Of a DNA stretch of 50,686 nt, positions 33,818-45,600 are shown piece after piece. Position 1 is the stretch's first letter, and every line of letters starts with the position of its first letter. The position numbers and the translations under genes were made by a program. The stretch spans positions 1-50,686 of the forward strand of contig CBFFRQ010000111.1 of the NCBI GenBank assembly GCA_965644315.1, in the 5' to 3' direction. The DNA is from Caecitellus pseudoparvulus (taxonomy: Eukaryota > Protista > Bigyra: Bicosoecida). The notes beneath the pieces are model-generated. The model had not been told where the DNA came from, did no database searches, and worked only from the letters and a program-made list of their open reading frames with translations.

Positions 33818-36800
33818 ATGAGCTTGAAGGCTGCATCGACTCTGTCACGTGCTGTGGGGGCGTCACTGCGGCCCTTGTTGGCGGTGCGAAGTGTTGGGGC
33901 GGAATTTGCTGCTGCTCCAGTACTCTGGCCTCCACCGCGCGCACCCCAGTCGTACAAGGCACCCAGCCTGGTGCGCCACACTTCATCTGTGGCTGGTGCT
34001 GCGAAGGAGGGACCTCGGAAGGCCAGGGAAGTGCTTCCGAACACGGAATGGTGGACTGAGCTTGAGGAGTTCCAGCAAGAGAAGCTGCGGAATACTTTTG
34101 ATGGTCTAAATCATCGAGGACGAGTTGCCAAGTTGGCCCTCTCTGCCCTTGAGAAGCTAGAGGTACATTTTTGCCTGCATATTTCGCGCTTGTATGAAAC
34201 ACTGTTCCCTGCACTTTGATTGCTTTTCTTCACAGACACCTCCCGACGTAAACCTGGTGCAAGCCTTAGTTTCAAGCGGCTTCATTTCTCAAGTTGATGT
34301 TGGGATTCGATTCGAGAAGGAAAGCACCGAAAAACAGATCAAAGTCCTTGCTTCAATTTTTGACTTGCCAATTGACGTTAGCTTGAAACTGTGTCATCAA
34401 GGTGAACTGATCAGCTCGATTGGGGTAGAGTTCGAAAACCGCGTGGCTCAAGTTTGGGCGGAGAAGTTACCGACGTACTTGTGCAAAGCAAAGGCCGAAC
34501 TGTTGAGGATCGAAACACACGAAGCTGGTGGTGCTGAGTTGTGGGAGATCCTTGAGCGTTGTGGAGTTGTGAAGACCTCCCTGGAGATGATGCAAGATGC
34601 GGTGAAGGGACTAGTCACGGTCAAGGTTCTGGGGATAGTTTGTTCGCACTCTGTGGACTCTCTGGCCGAGTGTGACATTGACAAGTTATTTGAGGATCAC
34701 GTGCCTGAGCATGTATCTGCAAACTGGGTGTCCAGCTTCAAAACGCAGCTGGAAGTTGCGGTTCGCACTGCGTGGTTCAACAGCCAAGCCCGGAAACTAT
34801 CGATCATGAATTTGGGCGTGCCTCTCCGTTCAATGCTGTTGTTGAAGAAGCGAGGCAAAGACGCGGCCAAGAAGCAGCTCGAAGATGTGGGTGTCGCAGA
34901 CGAGCAGTACATTCAGGGTCTCCTCAACACTGACGATTCAACTTTGGAGATCTTGGCGGACAACTTCGGCTGGCTGCTTGATGCAGGGGATGCCTTCGTG
35001 GGAGCTGAAATTTCGAAATGGAGTGTCGCTCATGCACTCAAAGACGGAATGACGAAAGCCAAGTGCGAGGATCCCACGGCAAGTGAAGGAAAGAACATCA
35101 AGTGGACAGCAGGTTGCTCTCCAATCTACATGAACAGCATTTTAGAGGCTGTGGTGCTGCGGTTGCCCATTTGGTTGGAGCAGCCGTATAAATTTCAGCA
35201 TGATAAAACAGGTTTGAAGAGAGTTTCATTCGGAGGCTTGAAAGTTCAGGGCTTGCGACCAACTGTTTTCGGCGTTCGCTCGGAGGCGTCGTCCTCCAGC
35301 CTTGAACAAGACCTAATGCTCACCACCTTCGTTCTCACGCGCGGACGGATGAGGTTGTTCGAGAAGTCCGCCAAGACTTGTTTTGGTGCTCTTCCAGGGG
35401 TCATGGCCACTGCTGCTCACGGAACTGGGAAGTCGGCATCCCTGCGGGCGCTTGCCACGATGATTGGCATTGGGGCGGGGGGTGATGTTTTGTACATGTC
35501 GGAGTCGAACGTGTTCGCCCCCTCAAAGCCAGAATTCGAGAATCTGTTCCACAACCTCATGCAAGGTGGTTTGTCAATGTCTTGCGGGAATAGCCTGCTC
35601 AGGCCTCAAGTGTGCATGGACATGGCAGCGATTGGCAAGGAAGGAGCCAGAGCACACGAAGCACTCCACAGCTTGCTCATCGCTCAAGACTCTGCGTACA
35701 ATCGTGGAGGTGAAGCAAAAGGAAAAAACCCGAAGAGCCTCCCTGCATCGTTCATTGTCGACGAGGCAAACCACTTGCAGGCCGTGCTTGATAAACGGCC
35801 TTCTGAGGATCCCCTTTGGTGGAAGGAGCTGAATGAGTTGTTCATTTGGACTAAGAACTCGAGCAGGGTATTCGCCTACTCACCAGATTTTCATGCTGCG
35901 CACCTTGACTTGAAGAAAGACAAGTCTAAAGAAGGCAAAGATGGCAAAGATGGCGCAGAAGGAAGCAGTGGCACTGACGAAGGCGACGACACAAAAAGAA
36001 GCAAAGGCAAAGCAGACAGCAGCGACAAAGGCAAAGGCACTGACAAGAAGAAAGTACTGGAGCCTATTGAGTTCAGGTTCGATTTTGGCTCATCCACAGA
36101 CGAAGACATCCCTTTCTTTGAGATGGAGCGACTTAGCCCAGAGCTTTCCCGCTTGCTCATGCTTGGGCCAAAGAGAAACGCTGATGCGTTGGGCTGGACC
36201 GAGCAGGTCCACACCGTTGCAGACCTTCAAGCGGGCCAAGACTGCTCTCTGCAGCTCCCCCCCAGGGCTGTGAGAGCCCTGAGCGATGCTGACAACCTGA
36301 AATTGTTCGACAACTTCGTCTTGTCTGTGGGTGGGCTTGCTCGTGCCTTAACTAGGGCAGTGGCGCGGGCGGATGCAAGCTCAAGCATTGACACTGATTG
36401 GTTTCAGGTGGCTCTGAAAGCAGCTTGGGGTGACATGAGACAGCAGATGGAGAACCGCTGCCTTACACGACTAAACGAGGGCACTTTGGAGACAACAGAA
36501 GAGGAAAAAGGCGTTAAATTGTTCTTGAGTCACACGATGGCTGCTGCTTCGATCCTGTCGAGGATCGATCCCAACAAGATGACTCTGCAGGGCAATGTGC
36601 GGTTCTCCTCCCACGTTGCGAGGCATGCTTTCATACGGTCTCTTCTCTCGCTCCACCGAGAACTTACTGGGCCGGAGGCTTCTCTGAGCCAGAAGCGAGC
36701 TTGGGACCGAATCATGAATGGTGTGACCCACCTGGGCAGTGGAGAGGACTTCGAGGACACTGTGGCCACATTGCTAGAGCTGGGCATGTTTGGGTCATCC

Positions 36801-37838
36801 TACGAAAAGCTCTCAAGCATGCAGTCCAGACCCCCAAAAGTGGTGCTTCGGACCTACTCCCTGGGCTCGGACCCGGGTTCCATCCTCGCAGCTCAGACCA
36901 AGCAAGAAGCGAAAGGCGCTGGCTTGTCTGCTGCCGATGTGCATGTCGTGCAGAACCTCGCTCCAGGGAGCGTGCACGTGGTGCGCACACCCCACAACTT
37001 TCCAGCTGTGGACTTCGTCGTGTTCAGGCGCTCGCCAGAGATCAAGGATGAAGACAACACCGAACCCGAACCATCAAAGCTACAGGTTGCTTTCATCGAA
37101 ACCACAATCTCAACCCTTGCCGGCCACGCGAGTAAACGAACGCTCGATAATTTAAGGGTAACACGCCTCGGAGAAAAACCGAAAAAGAAAGTTCCTCCAA
37201 CTTTAGCTGACCTGGCCAACCTTGCCTGCGATGAGGGCTATCTCAGGAAGATCCAAGGAACCCAGATGAAGTTCGACAATCCGAAGGAAACTGAGGAGAC
37301 TAAGGCAACACTTGCGAACTTAATCCTGTGGACTTTTGGAGTGCCGATTGACCTCAACTGCCGAGTGGTATACGACCACAGTGGTGATTTCAAGGAGCTC
37401 CTCATGGAACCGAAGTTGCTGCCTGAAGAAGACCGCGATGCAGTGATTGAGTTGACCAAGCAGCTGCTGGTGTCGCCTCCTCTCGAGACAGGCCGGAAGA
37501 AGAGCAGGAAAACATCAGAGGCTGGCACTGAAGTCGGCGAAGATGAAGCAGAGGAACCTGTGGCCCCACAATCGGTTGCCGGTGAAGGAGCTGCAGCATT
37601 TGGACAGGGCCACGAGAGTCCTCCCCTGCCTCTGTCCGAGTTGATCACCGAAGTGAAGGACGTCGAGCTGTTTTTCATTTATTGCACCCGAACCCCACAG
37701 GGCAAGTCCCACGCATTATCGAAAGCTTATGTCCCAGGCTTCTATGGGGTGTTCGAACAGAATTTTTTGCCCCCTGAGCTGAAACCGTTGGGGAAAGAGA
37801 TGGGCGATCCACGGGAAGAGTTGGATGCAGAACATTGA
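33818..37838 (+). CDS. Crinkler/RHS (CR)-type P-loop NTPase + PD-(D/E)xK nuclease protein with mitochondrial-presequence-like N-terminus
   Basis: Exon 1 (33818..34162) and a 73-nt GT..CACAG intron (34163..34235) join in phase 0 to ORF 34194..37838, giving ~1315 aa. Walker A (AAHGTGKS, ~35412), Walker B (FIVDEAN, ~35751) and a C-terminal REase-like set G.DFED...PHNFPAVDFV...FIETTIS. Confidence 0.7.
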
Positions 37839-38409
37839 CAAATTCAAGCGAGAAGCCTCCCCACCTTTGGTTGGTTTTGGTGGGAACATACATGTACGCA
37901 TTCTCTGCACGGGTAGATATCTGTACCACAACAGGCTGGACAACTCTGCAAAGCGTGGAAGCTCGGCAGCGAGAGGCTAGAATGGGAAAACTGATTGCTC
38001 ATTTTTGAACCACTCCAATACTTGAATTCTCATTTGGCTTGCCTTTCTGTCACGACAAAGTGGAAGGTTATCAGGGGACAGAGCAAACAAATCAGCTGTG
38101 GAGCGGAAATCGGTTGTTAGCTGCGGCTTGCACAGCCGATTCTGGAGAAGCTGACGCAAGGTGGGGGTGGCTGCTGAAGCTGGAAGGTGTATGTTGTAGA
38201 TAAATTGCTCGGTGCGAGGCGTGAAAGTTGGAAGTCTTCTTTGGTGTCGCTGCTGCGGGGAAAGTACGCGGTTGCTGTTGAAATGGCTTGCCGGAGTAGC
38301 ACTGGCGCCTTGTTGGTCAATGTGCTGGCGGGGAGCAGATTCTCACCGCTACCTGCTCATATCAGGATATGCACTTATGTGGGATACCTCATCTGCCTAA
38401 CCTGCCGCC

Positions 38410-41400
38410 ATGGACGAATTAGTGCTGCTCGAGAGGTGTTGGCGTTTGGATTTCAAGCACCAGCCTGTGGAGGAAGTTGAGGCGCCTGAGTGCCTGCGGG
38501 CTTTGTGTGAAGCCATCGACTTCAACACAGCCATTGACTTCAACACAGCCATGTTCGATGTTCACGGGATCGCTACGTCAAGGGCTGACGATGAGCACTG
38601 CGGCGGCAGCATCGTGCCACACCTCATTGTGCCGCACCCGACGTCGTCAGTGGCCACTCTTGAAGGCATCACTGCCGCCGCTTTCATCCGGAACTCGTCT
38701 CCGGATGAAGGTCACGCCTGCTTGCGCCTCGTTACAGGCGACTCCCGAGGCTCTGTGCGCGTGCGGCAGGTGTATGCCGGCTTGTGGTACATACAAGAGC
38801 TGGGCCACGGCGTGCAGACGGAAGGCGAAGCAGTCAAGTGTTTGTGCCGCGCTGAGCGGTAGACGTACGAGGCGCGGTCAGTGGCTCTGGTGGGCATTGA
38901 CAAGGTCGGTGTCTGCGTGTGGGGCATCTCCAACGACCGTGTGGAGGGCGACTTCGCCTCTGTGGAAGTGCACGATTCGGCCGCGGATGTTGCAGACTCA
39001 GGCGATAGCGACCTACCGGGGTTCTTAGGCGAGATGAGCGTGCCGCCTGGCCAGGGGTACGAGCCCATTCCCGTCAGGCTGGAGAAGCTGGACTTTCCGT
39101 TGACGGGGGAGGACGGCAAGTGCTTCATGGATGCTCGAACGCTCGTCCAAAGCACGAAGCGGTACCCCACGGAGGAAGAGCCAGCCCTTTTCGTGCAGAC
39201 TGCGTCGAAGACCATTGTGCTGTGGCGACTGACCAACCTTGATGCCGAGCCGTTGGGCGCCCCTACGAAGTGGCTGAAGTCAGCCAAGCACATGACCTCC
39301 AAGCTGCTGCCGGGGCGCCTGAGCAACTTCACAGCACACTGGCCCCTCCTGGATCCAGACACCGGCGACTACGACGCGAAGTACCTGCTCACTGCTTGGC
39401 GGGAGATCTATGTCTTCCACTGCGGCAACGGGTTTGGACTGTTGGAGACTGGGAACGAGGCGACCCTGGAGAAGGAGCGACAGGCACGCATGCTGCTTCA
39501 CGGCCTCATTCCCGATGATGGCATCCCCGTCGGCATCGTGTCTCATTTCTTCCCCTTCCCCTCTGCCTTTGTCGGGGCCACGCGAGAGGTGCGGAACAGG
39601 CTAGAGCCAGACACAGACGCCTCCCGTGAGTTTGCCGCAGCTCCAGTCACGGGGCTGCAGTTGAAGTACAAGAGCCAACTGCCCCTCATTGACCACGTCC
39701 CTGCCAACCAGAAGGCTTGGGGAGCTCTGTCGTGGTTTGCGACGGTGACGAGCACTGGTGGCATTTACTTCAGCAATGTTACGGAGCAAGCGCGTGCTCT
39801 GAACCACTTTGCCGCCGACGTCATCGAGTTGTTGACAGGGGAGCGCATTACGCAGGTCTCGTCCATCGCGAACCCCCTGGCGGTGAAGTGGGAGGCCACT
39901 GGCGAAGACGGCAAGGTGCAGCGGCAGGTGTGGCTGGACTACGTGGCTGCTGCCACAGAGAAGCAAGCGTCCATGAGTGAGGAGGAGACCATTGTGGTGG
40001 ATGCGCCGCGGCCCAGCATGCCCACCCCCAACGACATCGTCCTAGTGGGCACGTCACATGGGCGACTCATGGCTGTACTCGGCGCGCCTCACCCCGCACA
40101 CGTCTCGGAGTCATTGTGGATGGACTGGAGGGTGGTGGCTGAGATGGCACCCCAACACGAGGGCAGCATCACGCAGATCGTGCCCATGAGCAAGGACTTC
40201 CGGCACAAGATGGAGCCGTGGATCAGCTCCTTCATGCTAACACTGCGGGTGGACAGGGAGTCTGCTGCCATTGACTTCCTCTTCATCACCACTGGCGCCG
40301 ATCGCAAGATCAAGCTGATGACTCTGGACATGGACAACAACTTCATCTGCTTGTCCGAAGCAAGCCACGCGGAGGATCCCTCCACGCAAGTGTCCAAGGT
40401 GGACCTGAGCGGACTTGGCGCCGGGCACCGACCCTCGGCTTTCGATGCCCGCGCGGAGCATTCTGCGACGCTGACGGGCTCAGGTGCGAGCGGCCTGCAC
40501 GAGTCATCATCGTCTGTTCCGCAGGATGGCGCTGGCGAGTCCAAGGCGCCGCCCCCTTTGCCCACCCCTGCGTCGGGTCGAGCAGACAGCCCAGGCGGAT
40601 TTGAAGCGGAAGAGAAGCAGAAGCCTGGCAGTTGGCAAGCCAAACCCGCCCAGGGTGGCTTCCCCGGCCGCCTTTCCTCCAGCGGCAACCCTGGTGAGGA
40701 TGATGATGACCTGGACGAACACAAGGAGGACGCCATGCTGAAGATGAGTACCATGCGGCTGCTGACAGGGCAGAGCAAGAAGCAGGGCTTCGGCTCGCCA
40801 GACTCCAAGGGAAGCCCCCGACGCGGCTCAGCTATGTCGCCCAAGGGCGGCGACCAGGTGGCAGAGGCGGAGGACTACTTTGGCTTTGCAGTCATGGACG
40901 GCAGTGACGACGCGCTGCGGTATGCGGGCAGCGAGAGCCGCAAGGTGCTGCAGAGCAAGTACGCGCCCGAGTTCAACGCTGGCGGTCCAACGCGCCCCCT
41001 GCCCATGGTGTCTGGCAGGCGGAAATATCAGATCCTGGGCATCGATGGGCTGTTCATGGGAGACAGCAGTGGCCGTGTCCGGTACTCTTTGAACACCAGC
41101 AAGGCGTCCACGTTCCCCACTGTGGCCATTCCAGGCGCGGCGGTGACGTCAGGCAGGTACTACTACGAGCTGCAGATGTTCTCTGGGCGAGACCGGTACC
41201 TGCAGGTGGGCTGGGTGAACAACGCCTTCACGACCAAGCGCAACAATGGCGTGGGCGACGACCCCAACTCGTGGGCCTGGGACGGCCAGCGTCGGAAGAA
41301 GTGGAATGGCGGAGATGACGGCTCCTTCGGCAGTGAGTGGGAGAACGGCGACATCATCAGCTGCGCCGTGGACTACGACAAGCGCACCATGACGTTCGGG

Positions 41401-42327
41401 CTGAACAGGAGCTTCGACGCACCCATGGGCGTCGCATTCAAGAACCCGGACCTGCAAGGCATGCCCATTTACCCTGCCTTTTCCGTCAGCGTCATGCGAG
41501 GCAAGTTCCACTGCCGCTTCCACGTGCACCGCGCCCAGATGAAGCACATGAATGCGCGGGCCATGGCAGGTTACCGTCCCATAGGGGAGTTGCTCACGTC
41601 GCAGGCCGTGGCTGAGGAGCTGCGCCTGGACATGGTGGAGGCAGTGAATGGCGCCAACCTGCCCGTGCACGATGCCATGCGCATGCAGATGGCGTTTGTG
41701 TCTGACCTGTACTCGCAGCGAGACCGCCTGGACGAGTTCGTGGAGGCGGAGATGAGCGACAAGTTCGCCAAGAAGCAGGAGGAACACACGAACCAGTTCC
41801 ACCGCCTGGTGGGCGATGCTCGCAGCAGCTCCGCGACGGTGCAGTTGATGATCGACGGAGATGAAATGCGCACGCTGTCCTCCCACAATGCCGCGGCAGC
41901 TGTCAAGTCTCTGGCTGTCCGCGACGACCTTGCCCGTGCTTCCGCCGAGGCGGGACTGGACTTGACGCGGGACAGCGCCTGCATTGACCTGGACAGGGCT
42001 CTGAAGCTGCTGACGCGTGTGGAGTCTGCCCGCTTCAGCAACATCCCCTTCTGCAGGGAGGAAGCCGACGACGCCGGCGGCGAGGCCAAGCCTGTGCGGT
42101 TAGCTACTCAATGCATTGCAGATTGCCTCCATGCAGGCTACATCATGGTACAGCTTGGGCTTGGACATGTGGTGCCACCTGCGCCACAACAGAATGCAGT
42201 GACACAGACACCACGACGGCACCGCTTGCACGGCTTTGCGACTAGCACAGACTCGTGTCCGTTGTATAAGTCGCCGTCTGTCTTGGCGCTTCAGCGCCCG
42301 CCCCGGTGGGATGGTCTTGAGGTGTAG
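38410..42327 (+). pseudogene. WD40-like + SPRY(B30.2)-domain gene, interrupted by an in-frame stop and probably 3'-truncated
   Basis: ORFs 38410..38862 and 38881..42327 are in the same frame, separated by TAG 38860. The SPRY domain (SGRYYYEL...QVGW...GVGDDPNSWAWDG...W..GDIISCAVD...F.LN) spans ~41130-41500. WD-like motifs (ITTGADRKIKL) precede it. Confidence 0.65.
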
Positions 42328-42430
42328 GTCCAGGTCTCGGTCCACTCTTGTCTTGTCCGTCCAGTCCAGTCTCGTCCGTCTCGGTCCGATGTCCAGGGGT
42401 GGAGACCCGACTTGCTTGGCTTGGGTGGCG

Positions 42431-42651
42431 GTTAGGGTTAGGGTTAGGGTTAGGGTTAGGGTTAGGGTTAGGGTTAGGGTTAGGGTTAGGGTTAGGGTTA
42501 GGGTTAGGGTTAGGGTTAGGGTTAGGGTTAGGGTTAGGGTTAGGGTTAGGGTTAGGGTTAGGGTTAGGGTTAGGGTTAGGGTTAGGGTTAGGGTTAGGGT
42601 TAGGGTTAGGGTTAGGGTTAGGGTTAGGGTTAGGGTTAGGGTTAGGGTTAG
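42431..42651 (+). repeat. Internal telomeric array (TTAGGG)36 + TTAG
   Basis: Perfect hexamer array seen directly, in the same orientation as the terminal array. Confidence 0.99.
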
Positions 42652-45600
42652 CAACTCACAATGCATTTCACCTCGGCACAGCTTGGCACCGTACAGCTTG
42701 AGCGTCACACGGGCGCCCCACAATGCACCTCTGCACATGTAGGACGCCACAGCGGCTACCGCTTGGCGCGGATTCGCAACAAACACAGGCTTGCACCCGT
42801 TATATCTGCCGCCACTTGCTAGGGCAGGTCCCTGCCCGCTCCAATTCATCATCTTGGCCCTCCTCCGCTACACTTCATCCCTTGCTCCGCCAGCGCCAGA
42901 CACCTGGGGCACACCAGAGCACACCCAGGCATCCGCGCAGTCTTGACAACAGATCATAATCCAAATTCCTCACCCACCTCCTCTGTGGCCCTCATAGGCC
43001 TCTCTGCGCCCTTCATGAGGTGTGTGCTCCGCCTCTGCGCGGGAACTCGGCCGGGTGCGTGGTGCGGAATTCGATCGCGCACACCAGCACCCGTGCGCAC
43101 ACACGCGCCCGCGCCACAGAGCGCATCGCGCGCATCAAGGGGGATACAGAAAGGAAAAGGACCTTCTTCTTCAACCCGTCACGCCCTGGTTTCGTGGTGA
43201 GTGAGCTTGCTTCATCGTCAGCCGCCATCCGGGCCGCGGCCGTGCAGCACTGCGGCTGCACACGCGCCGCGGCCCGAGGCACGCTCCCGCTCACTCCACT
43301 GCTACTCGCAGGCTATGTAGTAAGTAAAGGTAAGGTCTTGGGCATCTGCTTCGGGCTACCGTGGTTATCACCACGCTTCACACAGGTTCATCACGTCAGG
43401 ACACTCGTGGAGGGTAGACGCGGCCACAAGCGTGGCTGTTCCACTCCCCGCCCGCACGCCTGCGTTCCGCCTTACTCCTCGCTCTCTTCACAGGAACCAT
43501 CGGGCCCTTCCCCCTCACCATCAGTGTCTGCATGGGCTGGCTGAGGCCCCATGAAGTGCTGCAGCGTCCTCTGGACCTTGCCCTCCGTGGACGGCACTTG
43601 GCCAGCCTTGGCAGGGAAAAAGGTGCGTGCCCTGCGGCGAGTGCGGGGCCTGCGCGTGTGCCGCGTGGCCGCTGACCGCACTGGCTGCGTGCGGCCAGGC
43701 AGCGGCGCCCCGCGCCCATGTACTGCCCACCACAGGTACTCAGCATGCCTCTGGACAGCAAGGTGGTGGGCATCGGTCATACGCAACATGTAAGTGACTG
43801 TGACCCGCCACGCCTTTGCTGTGAACTCAACCGCGCTGCGCAGGATGTCTTGCCATACAGCTGGGGCACGGACACGGCAAGGACCAGCACGGTGGACGAG
43901 GTGGGGGTGGGAGAGGACAGCCGCCTCTTTCATAGAGACAAGCTGCTCTTCGTCGGCCAGCCCCCACCGGTGAGGCCACTGCCCGCAGAGCAGGAGCCTG
44001 TGGAGGACCTCGAGGTCCCGCAGGCTTCGCGGCTCTGGGTCGGGGGCACGAAGGAGGGCGTGGCAGATCTTGGGGGGGATGGGCAGGCACTGCACTTGGC
44101 CCGCCGCGGACTCGGGCACAGCTGACCTGTTGGCCAGTTCTCTGAACTTGGTCATCGTGTGTTGGCGTGCCATGGTGAGTTCGTGGTGGGTGCAGTGCAG
44201 CAGGATGTGCACGTGCAGCTGTACATCGGTGTTGAGTCCGCAAATCGGACAGCACTCGTACAGAGTGGCACTGTCCCCCCCATGAAGAAGCTGTAAGGTC
44301 TGGAAGTGATGGACCATCACTCTGGTGGGCCTGTCATCAGGACAGACCCAGAAGAGGGGTTCACCCCGTGTGGCAGTGGATGTAGCCACACGAAGTGCTG
44401 CGCACCAGGCCCAAGATGATACGGCCTGGGCTTCTGCACTTGGGGGATTCGGCTGTCGGTGGTGTAGTGGGCAGCTGCACTCGGCACTGCCTGGGCTACA
44501 TGAAGATACGACGCGAGGACTTGGCGACGCAGGGCCCAGGGGGTGTCTGCCGTGAAGGCCGGGGGTTCGGCCATGGACGACGTCTCGCTGGCAGCCACCC
44601 CAACCACCGCAGACCTGTGGAGGCCCGGGGTGGTCTTAAGTCCGGCAAGGACTTGGGCAAGGGCTGTGGCAGCATGCTCAGAGCCAGGTGCACATGCAAG
44701 CCGAAGCTGTGCAAGGTCTGGCATGCAGCCCATGAGCCAGAGGTCCAAGAGGGCATGCAGTGCCCACGGAGCAGGGACACTGGCAGCCCGGAGTCGACCT
44801 CCATCAGCAATGGTGTCGACGATGAAGGTCGTCGACATCGAAGCAGGCATAAGGTCAAGGGCCTGCGGGATGGTCAGGCACAGAGCTCGGGCAAGAGGGG
44901 TGTCCGAGTGCAGCATCCGGAGAGCCTTGACAAACATCCCAGTCCGCAGTTGCGTGGAGCGGATGTGGGCAGGCAGGACTCCGCATAGAGCCAGCTTGGC
45001 GTAGCTGTGGGGGCGCATGAGTGCACTCTGCGAGCCGACTTGGGTCCTGTCCAAGGCGAGGGCGACGCCGCGGTCAACATCGCGCAGCGGAAGCAGGGAA
45101 CTGTTGGCTTGGGTGGACAGCATGTAGTCGGCGGCTGACGTGACAGTGGCATACCCAACCAGGTGCCGCTGCTGCACATCGAGCCAGGTGGCACTGAGCA
45201 GCGCGCCCGCAGTGAACCCGGCTTGGATGCAAGCAAGCCCAGCTTGTTGCAGGGTAAGTGCACGGGTCTTGGCAGGATGTTCGGACATCGGCACACCCAA
45301 GTAGGTGTACTCGGCCACCCGTTGGATGGACTTGGTGCCAACCTTCAGCATGCTGCCCGCTTTGAGGGCAGCCGAGCGCCACACCAACTTCTTCCTTTCA
45401 CTGACTGGTGTCCGGCTGCCTCGCACGGAGTTGGCAAGGATCATGACCCCGGACTTCGACGGGTTGATGGCAAGGCCAACCCGGGCAGCGATGGCCTTCA
45501 CCTCTACGAAGATTCGGTGCAAGGCCGTGGCAGACGTTGCGATGCAGGCCAGGTCGTCTGCATACAGGGTGTGGGTGACATGGCCTGCTGGTGTTGGGAT

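Noticed and set aside
38512-38551. 18-bp duplication (AIDFNT x2)
   Set aside because: A local slippage event with no wider structure.
30173-38862. In-frame TAG/TGA codons as evidence of an alternative genetic code
   Set aside because: They occur only in two subtelomeric genes and are of mixed type. The housekeeping genes are uninterrupted and end normally at TGA or TAG.
42100-42852. ORFs with (LT)n, (VR)n and (LG)n dipeptide runs
   Set aside because: These are translations of the telomeric hexamer, with no evidence of real genes.
43472-44190. C-terminal restriction-like endonuclease (Dualen-type dual endonuclease)
   Set aside because: No convincing PD..D/E.K motif after the CCHC finger.
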